A stretch of DNA of 21,568 nucleotides from the IMG/VR virus record IMGVR_UViG_3300045988_101336, positions 1-21,568 of that record. One strand, written 5' to 3'. Below the pieces are notes generated by a model. The model saw only the letters and a program-made list of their open reading frames with translations, was not told the DNA's origin and made no database searches. This DNA comes from a virus (lineage: Duplodnaviria > Heunggongvirae > Uroviricota > Caudoviricetes). Both the position numbers and the translations under genes were made by a program. Of the stretch, positions 1-8,761 are shown piece after piece (within the stretch, counting starts at the first letter, position 1; each line of letters begins with the position of its first letter).

Positions 1-16
1 GACGCTCTTCCGATCT
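1..16. other. Sequencing adapter remnant (Illumina TruSeq-type, GACGCTCTTCCGATCT)
   Basis: Bases 1-16 read GACGCTCTTCCGATCT, the 3' end of the common Illumina adapter; its reverse complement AGATCGGAAGAGC... sits at the other end of the window. Not biological sequence. Confidence 0.85.
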
Positions 17-921
17 TTTTTTAAATTATCTATGGTAGCGGATTCATAAGACGATCTGATAATGCGTATTTGGTCAACTTTCTTGGAGTAGCTATCATCA
101 AAGATAGATTCAATTGCTTCTAAAAATTTGTCTTTAATAGTGTCTTCTTGGCAGAATGGGCAACATGTGCCATTTAAATATAATTCCTTCCCTTTTTTCA
201 CCCAATCAAGGTTTTGAAGTTTTTTAATTGTTTCTGACAAATAGCTATTACTTGAGTCTATAATCGGAGTGGATAAAGATTCTTTATCTTTTTCTGAAAT
301 GATATATTTTTCTAAAGGTGTAATTGATGCAGTGAATTTATCTTTGTTCTTTAAAAGAATACTATATTCTTGAGCAAGTGACTCGATGTTAACGTCAGTG
401 GTTTGAGGGGCTTTTTTAACTTGCTCATAAAATGATCTCTTGCTTCCTAACTGACCTTTCATCAAGTTCTTTAAGTCAGATGTTCTAAAAGGTTCTGCTT
501 TATTCCATATTAAATCAATATATTCATTTTCTTTATTGTTTTTATCGTTAATTAAACGCTCAATAACGTTTTTTTTATCTTTGTATTTTGTAAGTAGGTC
601 TTGTCTTATAGCTTCTTTTTCCAACAATTCTTTTTCAATGTCAGCATTTTCCTTACTTAAAGTGAATACTCCTTTTTGCTCTTTTGCATTATAAAAATTA
701 TCCTCAACAAACTTAGTATTATAAACCAATAGGCGAAAAGTATCTATGAAAGGACATTCGCATTCTTTGTAGTCCGTGTTATTTGGATTATAGAAATAAT
801 TAGATATGGTTGATTTTCCACAACCGTTGTGACCATAAAGTATATTAATTTTTTTTGAGAGATTAAGAGTTGTGAAGCTATCTTTCTTATAGCTGGTTAT
901 ATTCTTTAATTTAAGTTCCAT
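17..921 (-). CDS. SMC/Rad50-like P-loop ATPase with coiled coil and CxxC hook motif, N-terminal ~300 aa only (3' end runs off the window); candidate defence cargo at the cos-proximal variable locus
   Basis: Own translation of the minus strand from ATG at 921-919 (SD-like GAGG about 7 nt upstream): MELKLKNITSYKKDSFTTLNLSKKINILYGHNGCGKSTIS... Walker A GHNGCGKST at residues 31-39, then a long K/E-rich predicted coiled-coil stretch, then CCPFCQ (CxxC, Rad50/RloC-like zinc hook) near residue 257. No stop before the window edge, which is why the ORF track omits it. Strongly AT-rich with AT-rich codons, unlike the phage backbone. Confidence 0.6.
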
Positions 922-1251
922 TTTAAAACCTCATCACTGCCAATGATATGGTATAAATATTTAAGCTGTTTAACATGAATTATTTTGCTAAACGATAAAG
1001 ATCTACCTCAGAAGTTTACTTTGTTCAAGCAAAATCTTTTGTTCTAAGAGATATAAAAATTTTTATTAATAGTTTGATTTTTGTTCATGGGATTTCCTTT
1101 TTTTATGTTTTTACAAAGTAATAACTATGAATGTATCAGGTGCATGGTTTTGCATGTGTCAAAGTTATGCGTCCTCATTGCTTTACGTCACAGCTAGCGA
1201 GGATTCAACGTACTCATGCAACTGCATTAAAAGCGCCCCATGAAGCGGGCG

Positions 1252-1270
1252 GGCGAGGCGGGGAAAGCAC
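1252..1270. other. cos: P2-type cos site (19-nt cohesive-end sequence GGCGAGGCGGGGAAAGCAC)
   Basis: Exact string GGCGAGGCGGGGAAAGCAC at 1252-1270, matching from memory the 19-nt 5' cohesive end of phage P2. It lies immediately upstream of the Q-P packaging genes, as in P2, with GT-rich repeats at 1290-1400 plausibly forming the terminase recognition region. Confidence 0.75.
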
Positions 1271-1411
1271 TGCGCGCTGGCGGTGGTGCTGATTTTATTT
1301 TTTCAGCGTCTGAGCGCGTCGTGATGGCGTTTAGATTGTGCGCCGGGGCGTTGGTGTGTCTGCGGGGTGTTTTGTGCGGTGGTGAGCGTGTGAGGGCGTG
1401 ATGACGGGGTG

Positions 1412-1435
1412 TAAAAAAGCCGCCCGCAGGCGGCG
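1412..1435 (-). terminator. Rho-independent terminator downstream of Q (minus strand)
   Basis: On the minus strand just after the Q stop codon: stem GCCGCC / GGCGGC (plus-strand 1419-1424 and 1429-1434), 4-5 nt loop, followed by TTTTTT (complement of the A-run at 1413-1418). Confidence 0.7.
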
Positions 1436-1439
1436 ATGT

Positions 1440-2474
1440 TCAGCCGTTGTCAGTGTCCAGTGAGTAGTTTTTAAAGCGGATGACCTCCTGACCGAGCCAG
1501 CCGTTTATTTCCCGAATCCTGTCCTGTAGCGGGATAAGCTCATTGCGGACAAAGACCTTTGCCACTTTCTCAATATCGCCCAGCGACCCGACGTTCTCCG
1601 GCTTGCCGCCCATCAACTGAAAGGGGATGCGGTGCGCGTCCAGCAGGTCTGCGGCACTGGCTTTTTTGATATTAAAAAAATCGTCCTTCGTTGCCACTTC
1701 ACTGAGCGGGATAATTTTAATGCCGTCAGCTTTCCCCTGCGGGGCATAGAGAAACAGATTTTTAAAGTTGTTGCGGCCTTTCGACTTAACCATGTTTTCG
1801 CGAAGCATTTCGATATCGTTGCGATCCTGCACGGCATCGGTGACGTACATGATGTATCCGGCATGTGCGCCGTTTTCGTAATACTTGCGGCGGAACAGCG
1901 TGGCCGACTCATTCAGCCAGGCAGAGTTAAGGGCGCTGAGATATTCCGGCAGGCCGTACAGCTCCTGATTGATATCCGGCTCCAGCAGGTGAAACACGGA
2001 GCCGGGCGCGAAAGGTGTCGGCTCGTTGAAGGACGGCACCCACCAGTAAACATCCTCCTCCACGCCACGGCGGGTATATTTTGCCGGTGAGGTTTCCAGT
2101 CTGATGACCTTACCGGTGGTGCTGTAACGCTTTTCCAGAAACGCATTACCGAACACCAGAAAATCCAGCGCAAAGCGGCTGAAATCCTGCTGGGAAAGCC
2201 ACGGATGCGGGATAAATGTCGAGGCCAGAATATTACGTTTGACGTAAATCGGTGAGCTGTGATGCACGGCAGCACGCAGGCTTTTTGCCAGACCGGTAAA
2301 GCTGATTGGTGGCTCATACCATCTGCCGTTACTGATGCATTCGACGTAATCCAGAATGTCACGGCGGTCGAGTACCGGCACCGGCTCACCAAAGGTGAAT
2401 GCCTCCATTTTCGGGGCGCTGGCGGTCATTTTTTTTGCCGCAGGTTGCGGTGTTTTCCCTTTTTTCTTGCTCAT
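1440..2474 (-). CDS. Q: Portal vertex protein (P2 gpQ-like)
   Basis: 344-aa ORF starting MSKKKGKTPQPAAKK...; recognised as P2 gpQ by sequence and length. Its ATG overlaps the stop of P (ATGA). Confidence 0.92.
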   Translation of the reverse strand: MSKKKGKTPQPAAKKMTASAPKMEAFTFGEPVPVLDRRDILDYVECISNGRWYEPPISFTGLAKSLRAAVHHSSPIYVKRNILASTFIPHPWLSQQDFSRFALDFLVFGNAFLEKRYSTTGKVIRLETSPAKYTRRGVEEDVYWWVPSFNEPTPFAPGSVFHLLEPDINQELYGLPEYLSALNSAWLNESATLFRRKYYENGAHAGYIMYVTDAVQDRNDIEMLRENMVKSKGRNNFKNLFLYAPQGKADGIKIIPLSEVATKDDFFNIKKASAADLLDAHRIPFQLMGGKPENVGSLGDIEKVAKVFVRNELIPLQDRIREINGWLGQEVIRFKNYSLDTDNG

Positions 2475-4246
2475 CAGTAAAACTCCAGAATGGTGGATGT
2501 CAGCGGGGTGCTGATACCGGCGGTGAGTGGCTCATTTAACAGGGCGTGCATGGTCGCCCAGGCGAGGTCGGCGTGGCTGGCTTCCTCGCTGCGGCTGGCC
2601 TCATAGGTGGCGCTGCGCCCGCTGCTGGTCATGGTCTTGCGGATAGCCATAAACGAGCTGGTGATGTCGGTGGCGCTGACGTCGTATTCCAGACAGCCAC
2701 GGCGGATAACGTCTTTTGCCTTGAGCACCATTGCGGTTTTCATTTCCGGTGTGTAGCGGATATCGCGCGCGGCGGGATAGAACGAGCGCACGAGCTGGAA
2801 CACGCCGACACCGAGGCCGGTGGCATCAATACCGATGTATTCGACGTTATATTTTTCGGTGAGTTTGCGGATGGATTCAGCCTGAGTGGCAAAGTCCATG
2901 CCTTTCCACTGGTGACGCTCAAGTATTCTGAATTTGCCACCGGCCACCACCGGCGGTGCCAGTACCACGCATCCGGCGCTGTCGCCACGGTGTGACGGGT
3001 CGTAACCAATCCATACCGGACGTGAGCCGAACGGATTGGCGGCAAACGGAGCATAGTCTTCCCATTCTTCCAGCGTGTCGACCATGCAGCGTTGCAGCTC
3101 CTCGAACGGGAACACCGACGCCTTGTCGTCAACAAATTCACACATGAACAGGTTTTTAAAATCGTCGGCGCTGTTTTCACGTTTGAGCTGCTCAATGTCG
3201 AACAGCGTGCAGCCGCCTTTCAGGGCGTCCTCAATGGTGACAATCTGTCGCCACTGGCCGTCCGCACAGAGAAGCCCACCGGCAAGGGCGTTATGACTGA
3301 CGTCGATTTCCACGCGTTCGGCGGCGCTGGCGCGTCCCCGGTTAAACAGTTCACCCGACCAGAACGGGTAGGCGTCGTGCGCCAGCGTGGACGGGGTGGA
3401 GAAATAGGTCGAGCGCAGGTGGCTCTGTGAGGCCATACCTGATGCCACCTTACGCAGTACCTGAAAATTCGGGATCCAGAAAATCTCGTCGACGTACAGG
3501 TCGCCGTTATGGCTCTGTGCGGTGTTGGAGTTGGTGCCGAGAAAAATCAGTTTTGCGCCGTTATTGCCCAGGACAATCGGGTCACCGGTCAGGTCAACGT
3601 CAACCAGACGGGCAAAGGCGATGATGTATTCACGGAACACATACGCCTGCGTTTTACTGGCCGACAGAAAAATCTGGTTATGGCCGGTTTTCAGGGCGCG
3701 CAGCAGTGCCTCGCGGGAAAAATAAAACGTCGCTCCAATCTGGCGGGATTTCAGGATATCGCGGATGCGGTGCTCAAGCCCGGCGCGATACCAGTGCAAC
3801 TGATATTCGAAAGACTGCTCAAAGAAAATCTGCTCCAGCTTTTCGATGGCCTCGTCACTGAAAAAATTCTTTTTCGGTTTGCGCCGCCCGCCTTTGTTGC
3901 GGTTAGCGACGTTCGGATTAAGGTCTGCCTCGTTGCCGGTCTGGCTGTAGCGATTTACCCGTGCCAGTCGTTCAATCTGGCGTCCCAGCAGGTCAATTTC
4001 CTTGAAGTCACCGCCGGTTTTCTGCGGTTTGATGATGAGCTGGGTCAGCCGCGCTTCCAGGCTCATTTCGACACGGCTGATGGGGGCAACGCTGTCCCAG
4101 CCGTCGCGCTGTTTCCAGCTCTGCACCGTCGGGCGTTTCATCTGCAACATGGCGGCAATCTGCGGCACGGAAAATCCCTGCCAGTACAGCAGCGCCGCCT
4201 GACGACGCGGGTCGTGTAAAAGAGTGGTGTCTGTGGTGATGGTCAT
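2474..4246 (-). CDS. P: Terminase large (ATPase) subunit (P2 gpP-like)
   Basis: Track ORF 2474..4276 begins at a TTG; the first ATG (4246-4244) gives MTITTDTTLLHDPRRQAALLYWQGF..., which matches the P2 gpP N-terminus and a ~590-aa product. Confidence 0.92.
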   Translation of the reverse strand: MTITTDTTLLHDPRRQAALLYWQGFSVPQIAAMLQMKRPTVQSWKQRDGWDSVAPISRVEMSLEARLTQLIIKPQKTGGDFKEIDLLGRQIERLARVNRYSQTGNEADLNPNVANRNKGGRRKPKKNFFSDEAIEKLEQIFFEQSFEYQLHWYRAGLEHRIRDILKSRQIGATFYFSREALLRALKTGHNQIFLSASKTQAYVFREYIIAFARLVDVDLTGDPIVLGNNGAKLIFLGTNSNTAQSHNGDLYVDEIFWIPNFQVLRKVASGMASQSHLRSTYFSTPSTLAHDAYPFWSGELFNRGRASAAERVEIDVSHNALAGGLLCADGQWRQIVTIEDALKGGCTLFDIEQLKRENSADDFKNLFMCEFVDDKASVFPFEELQRCMVDTLEEWEDYAPFAANPFGSRPVWIGYDPSHRGDSAGCVVLAPPVVAGGKFRILERHQWKGMDFATQAESIRKLTEKYNVEYIGIDATGLGVGVFQLVRSFYPAARDIRYTPEMKTAMVLKAKDVIRRGCLEYDVSATDITSSFMAIRKTMTSSGRSATYEASRSEEASHADLAWATMHALLNEPLTAGISTPLTSTILEFY

Positions 4247-4419
4247 GAATACCTCGCCGTGATGAATACACGGCAAGGCTACTGAGTCGCGCCCCGCGAT
4301 TCGCTAAGGTGCTGTTGTGTCAGTGATAAGCCATCCGGGACTGATGGCGGAGGATGCGCATCGTCGGGAAACTGATGCCGACATGTGACTCCTCTAATCA
4401 CTATTCAGGACTCCTGACA

Positions 4420-5274
4420 ATGGCAAAAAAAGTCTCAAAATTCTTTCGTATCGGCGTTGAGGGTGACACCTGTGACGGGCGTGTCATCAGTGCGCAGGAT
4501 ATTCAGGAAATGGCCGAAACCTTTGACCCGCGTGTCTATGGTTGCCGCATTAATCTGGAACATCTGCGCGGCATCCTGCCTGACGGTATTTTTAAACGTT
4601 ATGGCGATGTGGCCGAACTGAAGGCCGAAAAGATTGACGATGATTCGGCGCTGAAAGGCAAATGGGCGCTGTTTGCGAAAATCACCCCGACCGATGACCT
4701 TATCGCGATGAACAAGGCCGCGCAGAAGGTCTACACCTCAATGGAAATTCAGCCGAACTTTGCCAACACCGGCAAATGTTATCTGGTGGGGCTGGCCGTC
4801 ACCGATGACCCGGCAAGCCTCGGCACGGAATACCTGGAATTCTGCCGCACGGCAAAACACAACCCCCTGAACCGCTTCAAATTAAGCCCTGAAAACCTGA
4901 TTTCAGTGGCAACGCCTGTTGAGCTGGAATTTGAAGACCTGCCTGAAACCGTGTTCACAGCCCTGACCGAAAAGGTGAAATCCATTTTTGGCCGCAAACA
5001 GGCCAGCGATGACGCCCGTCTGAATGACGTGCATGAAGCGGTGACCGCTGTCGCTGAGCATGTGCAGGAAAAACTGAGCGCCACTGAGCAGCGCCTTGCT
5101 GAGATGGAAACCGCCTTTTCCGCACTTAAGCAGGATGTGACTGACAGGGCGGATGAAACCAGTCAGGCATTCACCCGCCTGAAAAACAGTCTCGACCACA
5201 CCGAAAGTCTGACCCAGCAGCGCCGCAGCAAGGCCACCGGCGGTGGCGGTGACGCCCTGATGACGAACTGCTGA
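4420..5274 (+). CDS. O: Capsid scaffolding protein (P2 gpO-like)
   Basis: Internal ATG at 4420 gives MAKKVSKFFRIGVEGDTCDGRVISAQDIQEMAETFDPRVYG..., the recognised gpO N-terminus (284 aa). The track ORF starts earlier at 4354 with an upstream extension. Divergently arranged relative to P. Confidence 0.9.
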   Translation: MAKKVSKFFRIGVEGDTCDGRVISAQDIQEMAETFDPRVYGCRINLEHLRGILPDGIFKRYGDVAELKAEKIDDDSALKGKWALFAKITPTDDLIAMNKAAQKVYTSMEIQPNFANTGKCYLVGLAVTDDPASLGTEYLEFCRTAKHNPLNRFKLSPENLISVATPVELEFEDLPETVFTALTEKVKSIFGRKQASDDARLNDVHEAVTAVAEHVQEKLSATEQRLAEMETAFSALKQDVTDRADETSQAFTRLKNSLDHTESLTQQRRSKATGGGGDALMTNC

Positions 5275-5332
5275 CCGGCGTCAGTCAGTCCGGGAAAACC
5301 TTCACGATTAACCCTTAATTTCAGGAAAAACT

Positions 5333-6406
5333 ATGCGCCAGGAAACCCGCTTTAAATTTAATGCCTACCTGTCCCGTGTTGCCGAACTGAACGGCATCGA
5401 CGCCGGTGATGTGTCGAAAAAATTCACCGTTGAACCGTCGGTCACCCAGACCCTGATGAACACCATGCAGGAGTCCTCTGACTTTCTGACCCGCATCAAC
5501 ATTGTGCCGGTCAGCGAAATGAAAGGGGAAAAAATTGGTATCGGTGTCACCGGCTCCATCGCCAGCACCACCGACACCGCCGGTGGCACCGAGCGTCAGC
5601 CGAAGGACTTCTCGAAGCTGGCGTCCAACAAGTACGAATGCGACCAGGTTAACTTCGATTTTTATATCCGCTACAAAACGCTGGACCTGTGGGCGCGTTA
5701 TCAGGATTTCCAGCTCCGTATCCGTAACGCCATTATCAAACGCCAGTCCCTTGATTTCATCATGGCCGGTTTTAACGGCGTGAAGCGTGCCGAAACCTCT
5801 GACCGCAGCAGTAACCCGATGCTGCAGGATGTGGCGGTCGGCTGGCTGCAGAAATACCGCAATGAAGCCCCGGCGCGCGTGATGAGCAAGGTTACTGACG
5901 AGGAAGGTCACACCACCTCTGAGGTCATCCGCGTGGGTAAGGGCGGTGATTATGCCAGCCTCGATGCACTGGTGATGGATGCGACCAACAACCTGATTGA
6001 GCCGTGGTATCAGGAAGACCCTGACCTTGTGGTGATTGTGGGGCGTCAGCTACTGGCGGACAAGTATTTCCCCATCGTTAACAAGGAGCAGGACAACAGC
6101 GAAATGCTGGCCGCTGACGTCATCATCAGCCAGAAACGCATCGGTAACCTGCCGGCGGTGCGCGTCCCGTACTTCCCGGCGGATGCGATGCTCATCACGA
6201 AGCTGGAAAACCTGTCCATCTACTACATGGATGACAGCCATCGCCGCGTGATTGTGGAAAACCCGAAACTCGACCGCGTGGAGAACTACGAGTCAATGAA
6301 CATTGATTACGTGGTGGAAGACTACGCCGCCGGTTGTCTGGTGGAAAAAATTAAGGTCGGTGATTTCTCCACACCGGCGAAAGCGACCGCAGAGCCGGGA
6401 GCGTAA
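5333..6406 (+). CDS. N: Major capsid protein (P2 gpN-like)
   Basis: 357-aa ORF MRQETRFKFNAYLSRVAELNGIDAG...; length and sequence match P2 gpN. Confidence 0.93.
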   Translation: MRQETRFKFNAYLSRVAELNGIDAGDVSKKFTVEPSVTQTLMNTMQESSDFLTRINIVPVSEMKGEKIGIGVTGSIASTTDTAGGTERQPKDFSKLASNKYECDQVNFDFYIRYKTLDLWARYQDFQLRIRNAIIKRQSLDFIMAGFNGVKRAETSDRSSNPMLQDVAVGWLQKYRNEAPARVMSKVTDEEGHTTSEVIRVGKGGDYASLDALVMDATNNLIEPWYQEDPDLVVIVGRQLLADKYFPIVNKEQDNSEMLAADVIISQKRIGNLPAVRVPYFPADAMLITKLENLSIYYMDDSHRRVIVENPKLDRVENYESMNIDYVVEDYAAGCLVEKIKVGDFSTPAKATAEPGA

Positions 6407-6409
6407 CCG

Positions 6410-7153
6410 ATGACGAGTCCCGCACAGCGCCACATGATGCGGGTCTCGGCAGCGATGACCGCGCAGCGGGAAGCCGCCCCGCTGCGACATGCAACTGTCT
6501 ATGAGCAGATGCTGGTTAAGCTGGCCGCAGACCAGCGCACACTGAAAGCGATTTATTCAAAAGAGCTGAAGGCCGCGAAAAAACGCGAACTGCTGCCGTT
6601 CTGGTTGCCGTGGGTGAACGGCGTGCTGGAGCAGGGCAAAGGTGCACAGGATGACATTCTGATGACGGTCATGCTGTGGCGTCTGGATACCGGCGATATT
6701 GCCGGTGCGCTGGAGATTGCCCGTTATGCCCTGAAGTACGGTCTGACCATGCCGGGTAAACACCGCCGCACCCCGCCGTACATGTTCACCGAGGAGGTGG
6801 CGCTCGCGGCCATGCGTGCTCACGCTGCCGGTGAGTCTGTGGATACCCGCCTGCTGACGGAGACCCTTGAACTGACCGCCACGGCTGACATGCCTGATGA
6901 AGTGCGCGCAAAGCTGCACAAAATCACCGGTCTGTTTCTGCGTGATGGTGGTGATGCCGCCGGTGCGCTGGCTCACCTGCAACGTGCGACACAGCTCGAC
7001 TGTCAGGCAGGCGTCAAAAAAGAGATTGAACGACTGGAGCGGGAGCTGAAACCGAAGCCGGAGCCGCAGCCCAAAGCGGCCACCCGTACCCCGCGTAAGA
7101 CCCGGAGCGTGACACCGGCAAAACGTGGACGCCCGAAAAAGAAAGCCAGTTAA
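6410..7153 (+). CDS. M: Terminase small / endonuclease subunit (P2 gpM-like)
   Basis: 247-aa ORF MTSPAQRHMMRVSAAMTAQREAAPLRH... with a basic, proline-rich C-terminus; matches P2 gpM in position and length. Confidence 0.9.
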   Translation: MTSPAQRHMMRVSAAMTAQREAAPLRHATVYEQMLVKLAADQRTLKAIYSKELKAAKKRELLPFWLPWVNGVLEQGKGAQDDILMTVMLWRLDTGDIAGALEIARYALKYGLTMPGKHRRTPPYMFTEEVALAAMRAHAAGESVDTRLLTETLELTATADMPDEVRAKLHKITGLFLRDGGDAAGALAHLQRATQLDCQAGVKKEIERLERELKPKPEPQPKAATRTPRKTRSVTPAKRGRPKKKAS

Positions 7154-7252
7154 CAACCGAATGCGCCCCGCGCCAGGGCGGCACGCCGGTCAGTGAGGGT
7201 GAATCACCTGACACTGCACCGGCGTCCACCGCCCGACTTTTCAGAGGTAGTC

Positions 7253-7762
7253 ATGATGACGCTGATTATTCCGCGAAAGGAGGCTCCCGTGTCCGGTGAG
7301 GGTACGGTGGTTATCCCGCAACCGGCAGGCGACGAGCCGGTGATTAAAAACACGTTCTTTTTTCCCGATATCGACCCGAAGCGCGTCCGGGAACGTATGC
7401 GCCTTGAGCAGACCGTCGCCCCCGCCCGTCTGCGTGAGGCCATCAAGTCAGGCATGGCGGAGACGAATGCGGAGCTGTACGAGTACCGCGAACAGAAAAT
7501 TGCCACCGGTTTTACGCGTCTGGCGGACGTCCCGGCGGACGACATCGACGGTGAAAGCATCAAAGTTTTTTACTACGAGCGCGCCGTGTGTGCGATGGCG
7601 ACCGCGTCGCTTTATGAGCGTTATCGCGGCGTGGATGCCAGTGCGAAAGGTGACAAGAAGGCTGACAGCATTGACAGCACCATTGATGAACTGTGGCGGG
7701 ATATGCGCTGGGCGGTGGCGCGTATCCAGGACAAGCCGCGCTGCATCGTGAGTCAAATCTGA
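7253..7762 (+). CDS. L: Head completion / stabilisation protein (P2 gpL-like)
   Basis: ATG at 7253 gives MMTLIIPRKEAPVSGEGTVVIPQPAGDEPVIKNTFFFPDIDPKRVRE... (169 aa). The track ORF starts at a GTG at 7193. Confidence 0.88.
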   Translation: MMTLIIPRKEAPVSGEGTVVIPQPAGDEPVIKNTFFFPDIDPKRVRERMRLEQTVAPARLREAIKSGMAETNAELYEYREQKIATGFTRLADVPADDIDGESIKVFYYERAVCAMATASLYERYRGVDASAKGDKKADSIDSTIDELWRDMRWAVARIQDKPRCIVSQI

Positions 7763-7965
7763 TGAAGACCTTTGCGCTACAGGGCGACACGCTCGACGCC
7801 ATTTGTGTCCGGTATTACGGGCGCACTGAGGGCGTGGTTGAGACCGTGCTCGCCGCAAATCCGGGACTGGCTGAACTGGGTGCGGTGCTGCCACACGGCA
7901 CCGCCGTCGAACTGCCCGACGTTCAGACCGCGCCCGTGGCTGAAACTGTCAATCTGTGGGAGTAA
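7762..7965 (+). CDS. X: Tail protein X (P2 gpX-like, LysM-like)
   Basis: ATG at 7762 (overlaps the L stop) gives MKTFALQGDTLDAICVRYYGRTEGVVETVLAANPGLAELGAVLPHGTAVELPDVQ... (67 aa). The track ORF 7693..7965 includes an upstream extension. Confidence 0.85.
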   Translation: MKTFALQGDTLDAICVRYYGRTEGVVETVLAANPGLAELGAVLPHGTAVELPDVQTAPVAETVNLWE

Positions 7966-7968
7966 CGC

Positions 7969-8250
7969 ATGACAGCAGAAGAAAAAAGCGTCCTGTCGCT
8001 TTTCATGATTGGGGTGCTGATTGTTGTCGGCAAGGTGCTTGCCGGTGGTGAACCCATCACCCCGCGTCTGTTTATCGGGCGCATGTTGCTCGGTGGTTTT
8101 GTCTCGATGGTTGCCGGTGTTGTTCTGGTGCAGTTTCCTGACCTGTCACTGCCTGCGGTGTGCGGTATCGGCTCCATGCTGGGTATCGCCGGTTATCAGG
8201 TGATTGAGATTGCCATTCAGCGCCGTTTTAAGGGCAGGGGGAAACCGTAA
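7969..8250 (+). CDS. Y: Holin (P2 gpY-like)
   Basis: 93-aa ORF with hydrophobic transmembrane segments and a charged C-terminus (RRFKGRGKP); first gene of the lysis cassette, as in P2. Confidence 0.85.
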   Translation: MTAEEKSVLSLFMIGVLIVVGKVLAGGEPITPRLFIGRMLLGGFVSMVAGVVLVQFPDLSLPAVCGIGSMLGIAGYQVIEIAIQRRFKGRGKP

Positions 8251-8747
8251 TGCCGGTAATTAACACGCATCAGAATATCGCGGCCTTTCTCGACATGCTG
8301 GCCGTGTCCGAAGGGACGGCGAATCATCCGCTGACGAAAAACCGGGGCTATGACGTGATAGTCACCGGACTGGACGGGAAGCCGGAAATCTTCACCGACT
8401 ACAGTGACCACCCGTTCGCACATGGCCGACCGGCGAAGGTGTTTAACCGTCGCGGTGAAAAATCCACGGCCTCCGGTCGCTATCAGCAGCTTTACCTGTT
8501 CTGGCCGCACTACCGCAAACAGCTTGCCCTGCCGGATTTCAGTCCGTTGTCACAGGACAGGCTCGCCATTCAGTTGATCCGCGAACGCGGTGCACTGGAT
8601 GACATCCGGGCGGGACGCATTGAGCGCGCCATTTCACGCTGTCGCAATATCTGGGCGTCCCTGCCGGGAGCCGGTTACGGTCAGCGTGAGCATTCACTGG
8701 AAAAACTGGTCACCGTCTGGCGTACCGCTGGCGGCGTACCGGCTTAA
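8250..8747 (+). CDS. K: Endolysin / lysozyme (P2 gpK-like)
   Basis: 165-aa ORF MPVINTHQNIAAFLDMLAVSEGTANHP... The start overlaps the Y stop (TAATG). Confidence 0.9.
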   Translation: MPVINTHQNIAAFLDMLAVSEGTANHPLTKNRGYDVIVTGLDGKPEIFTDYSDHPFAHGRPAKVFNRRGEKSTASGRYQQLYLFWPHYRKQLALPDFSPLSQDRLAIQLIRERGALDDIRAGRIERAISRCRNIWASLPGAGYGQREHSLEKLVTVWRTAGGVPA

Positions 8748-8761
8748 ACGGAGTAAACACC

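Noticed and set aside
3509-4219. 236-aa plus-strand ORF lying entirely inside the terminase gene P on the opposite strand, with several other track ORFs in 2546-4271
   Set aside because: Antisense ORFs within a well-supported GC-rich gene; high GC content produces long spurious open frames, and there is no start context or recognisable protein features.
4247-4419. Upstream extensions of P (TTG at 4276) and O (ATG at 4354) in the ORF track; similar extensions for L (GTG at 7193), X (7693) and V (12297)
   Set aside because: Internal ATGs give N-termini matching the P2 proteins I recognise; the extensions start at non-ATG codons or add unconserved residues. The intergenic P/O region is more likely the divergent late promoter region, though I found only an imperfect TGT-N12-CAC (about 4384-4401) and so did not annotate a promoter.
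5321-5911. 196-aa minus-strand ORF overlapping the start of the major capsid gene N
   Set aside because: Antisense to a confidently identified gene; typical GC-rich shadow ORF.
6557-7156. 199-aa minus-strand ORF inside M
   Set aside because: Antisense shadow ORF within the terminase small subunit gene.
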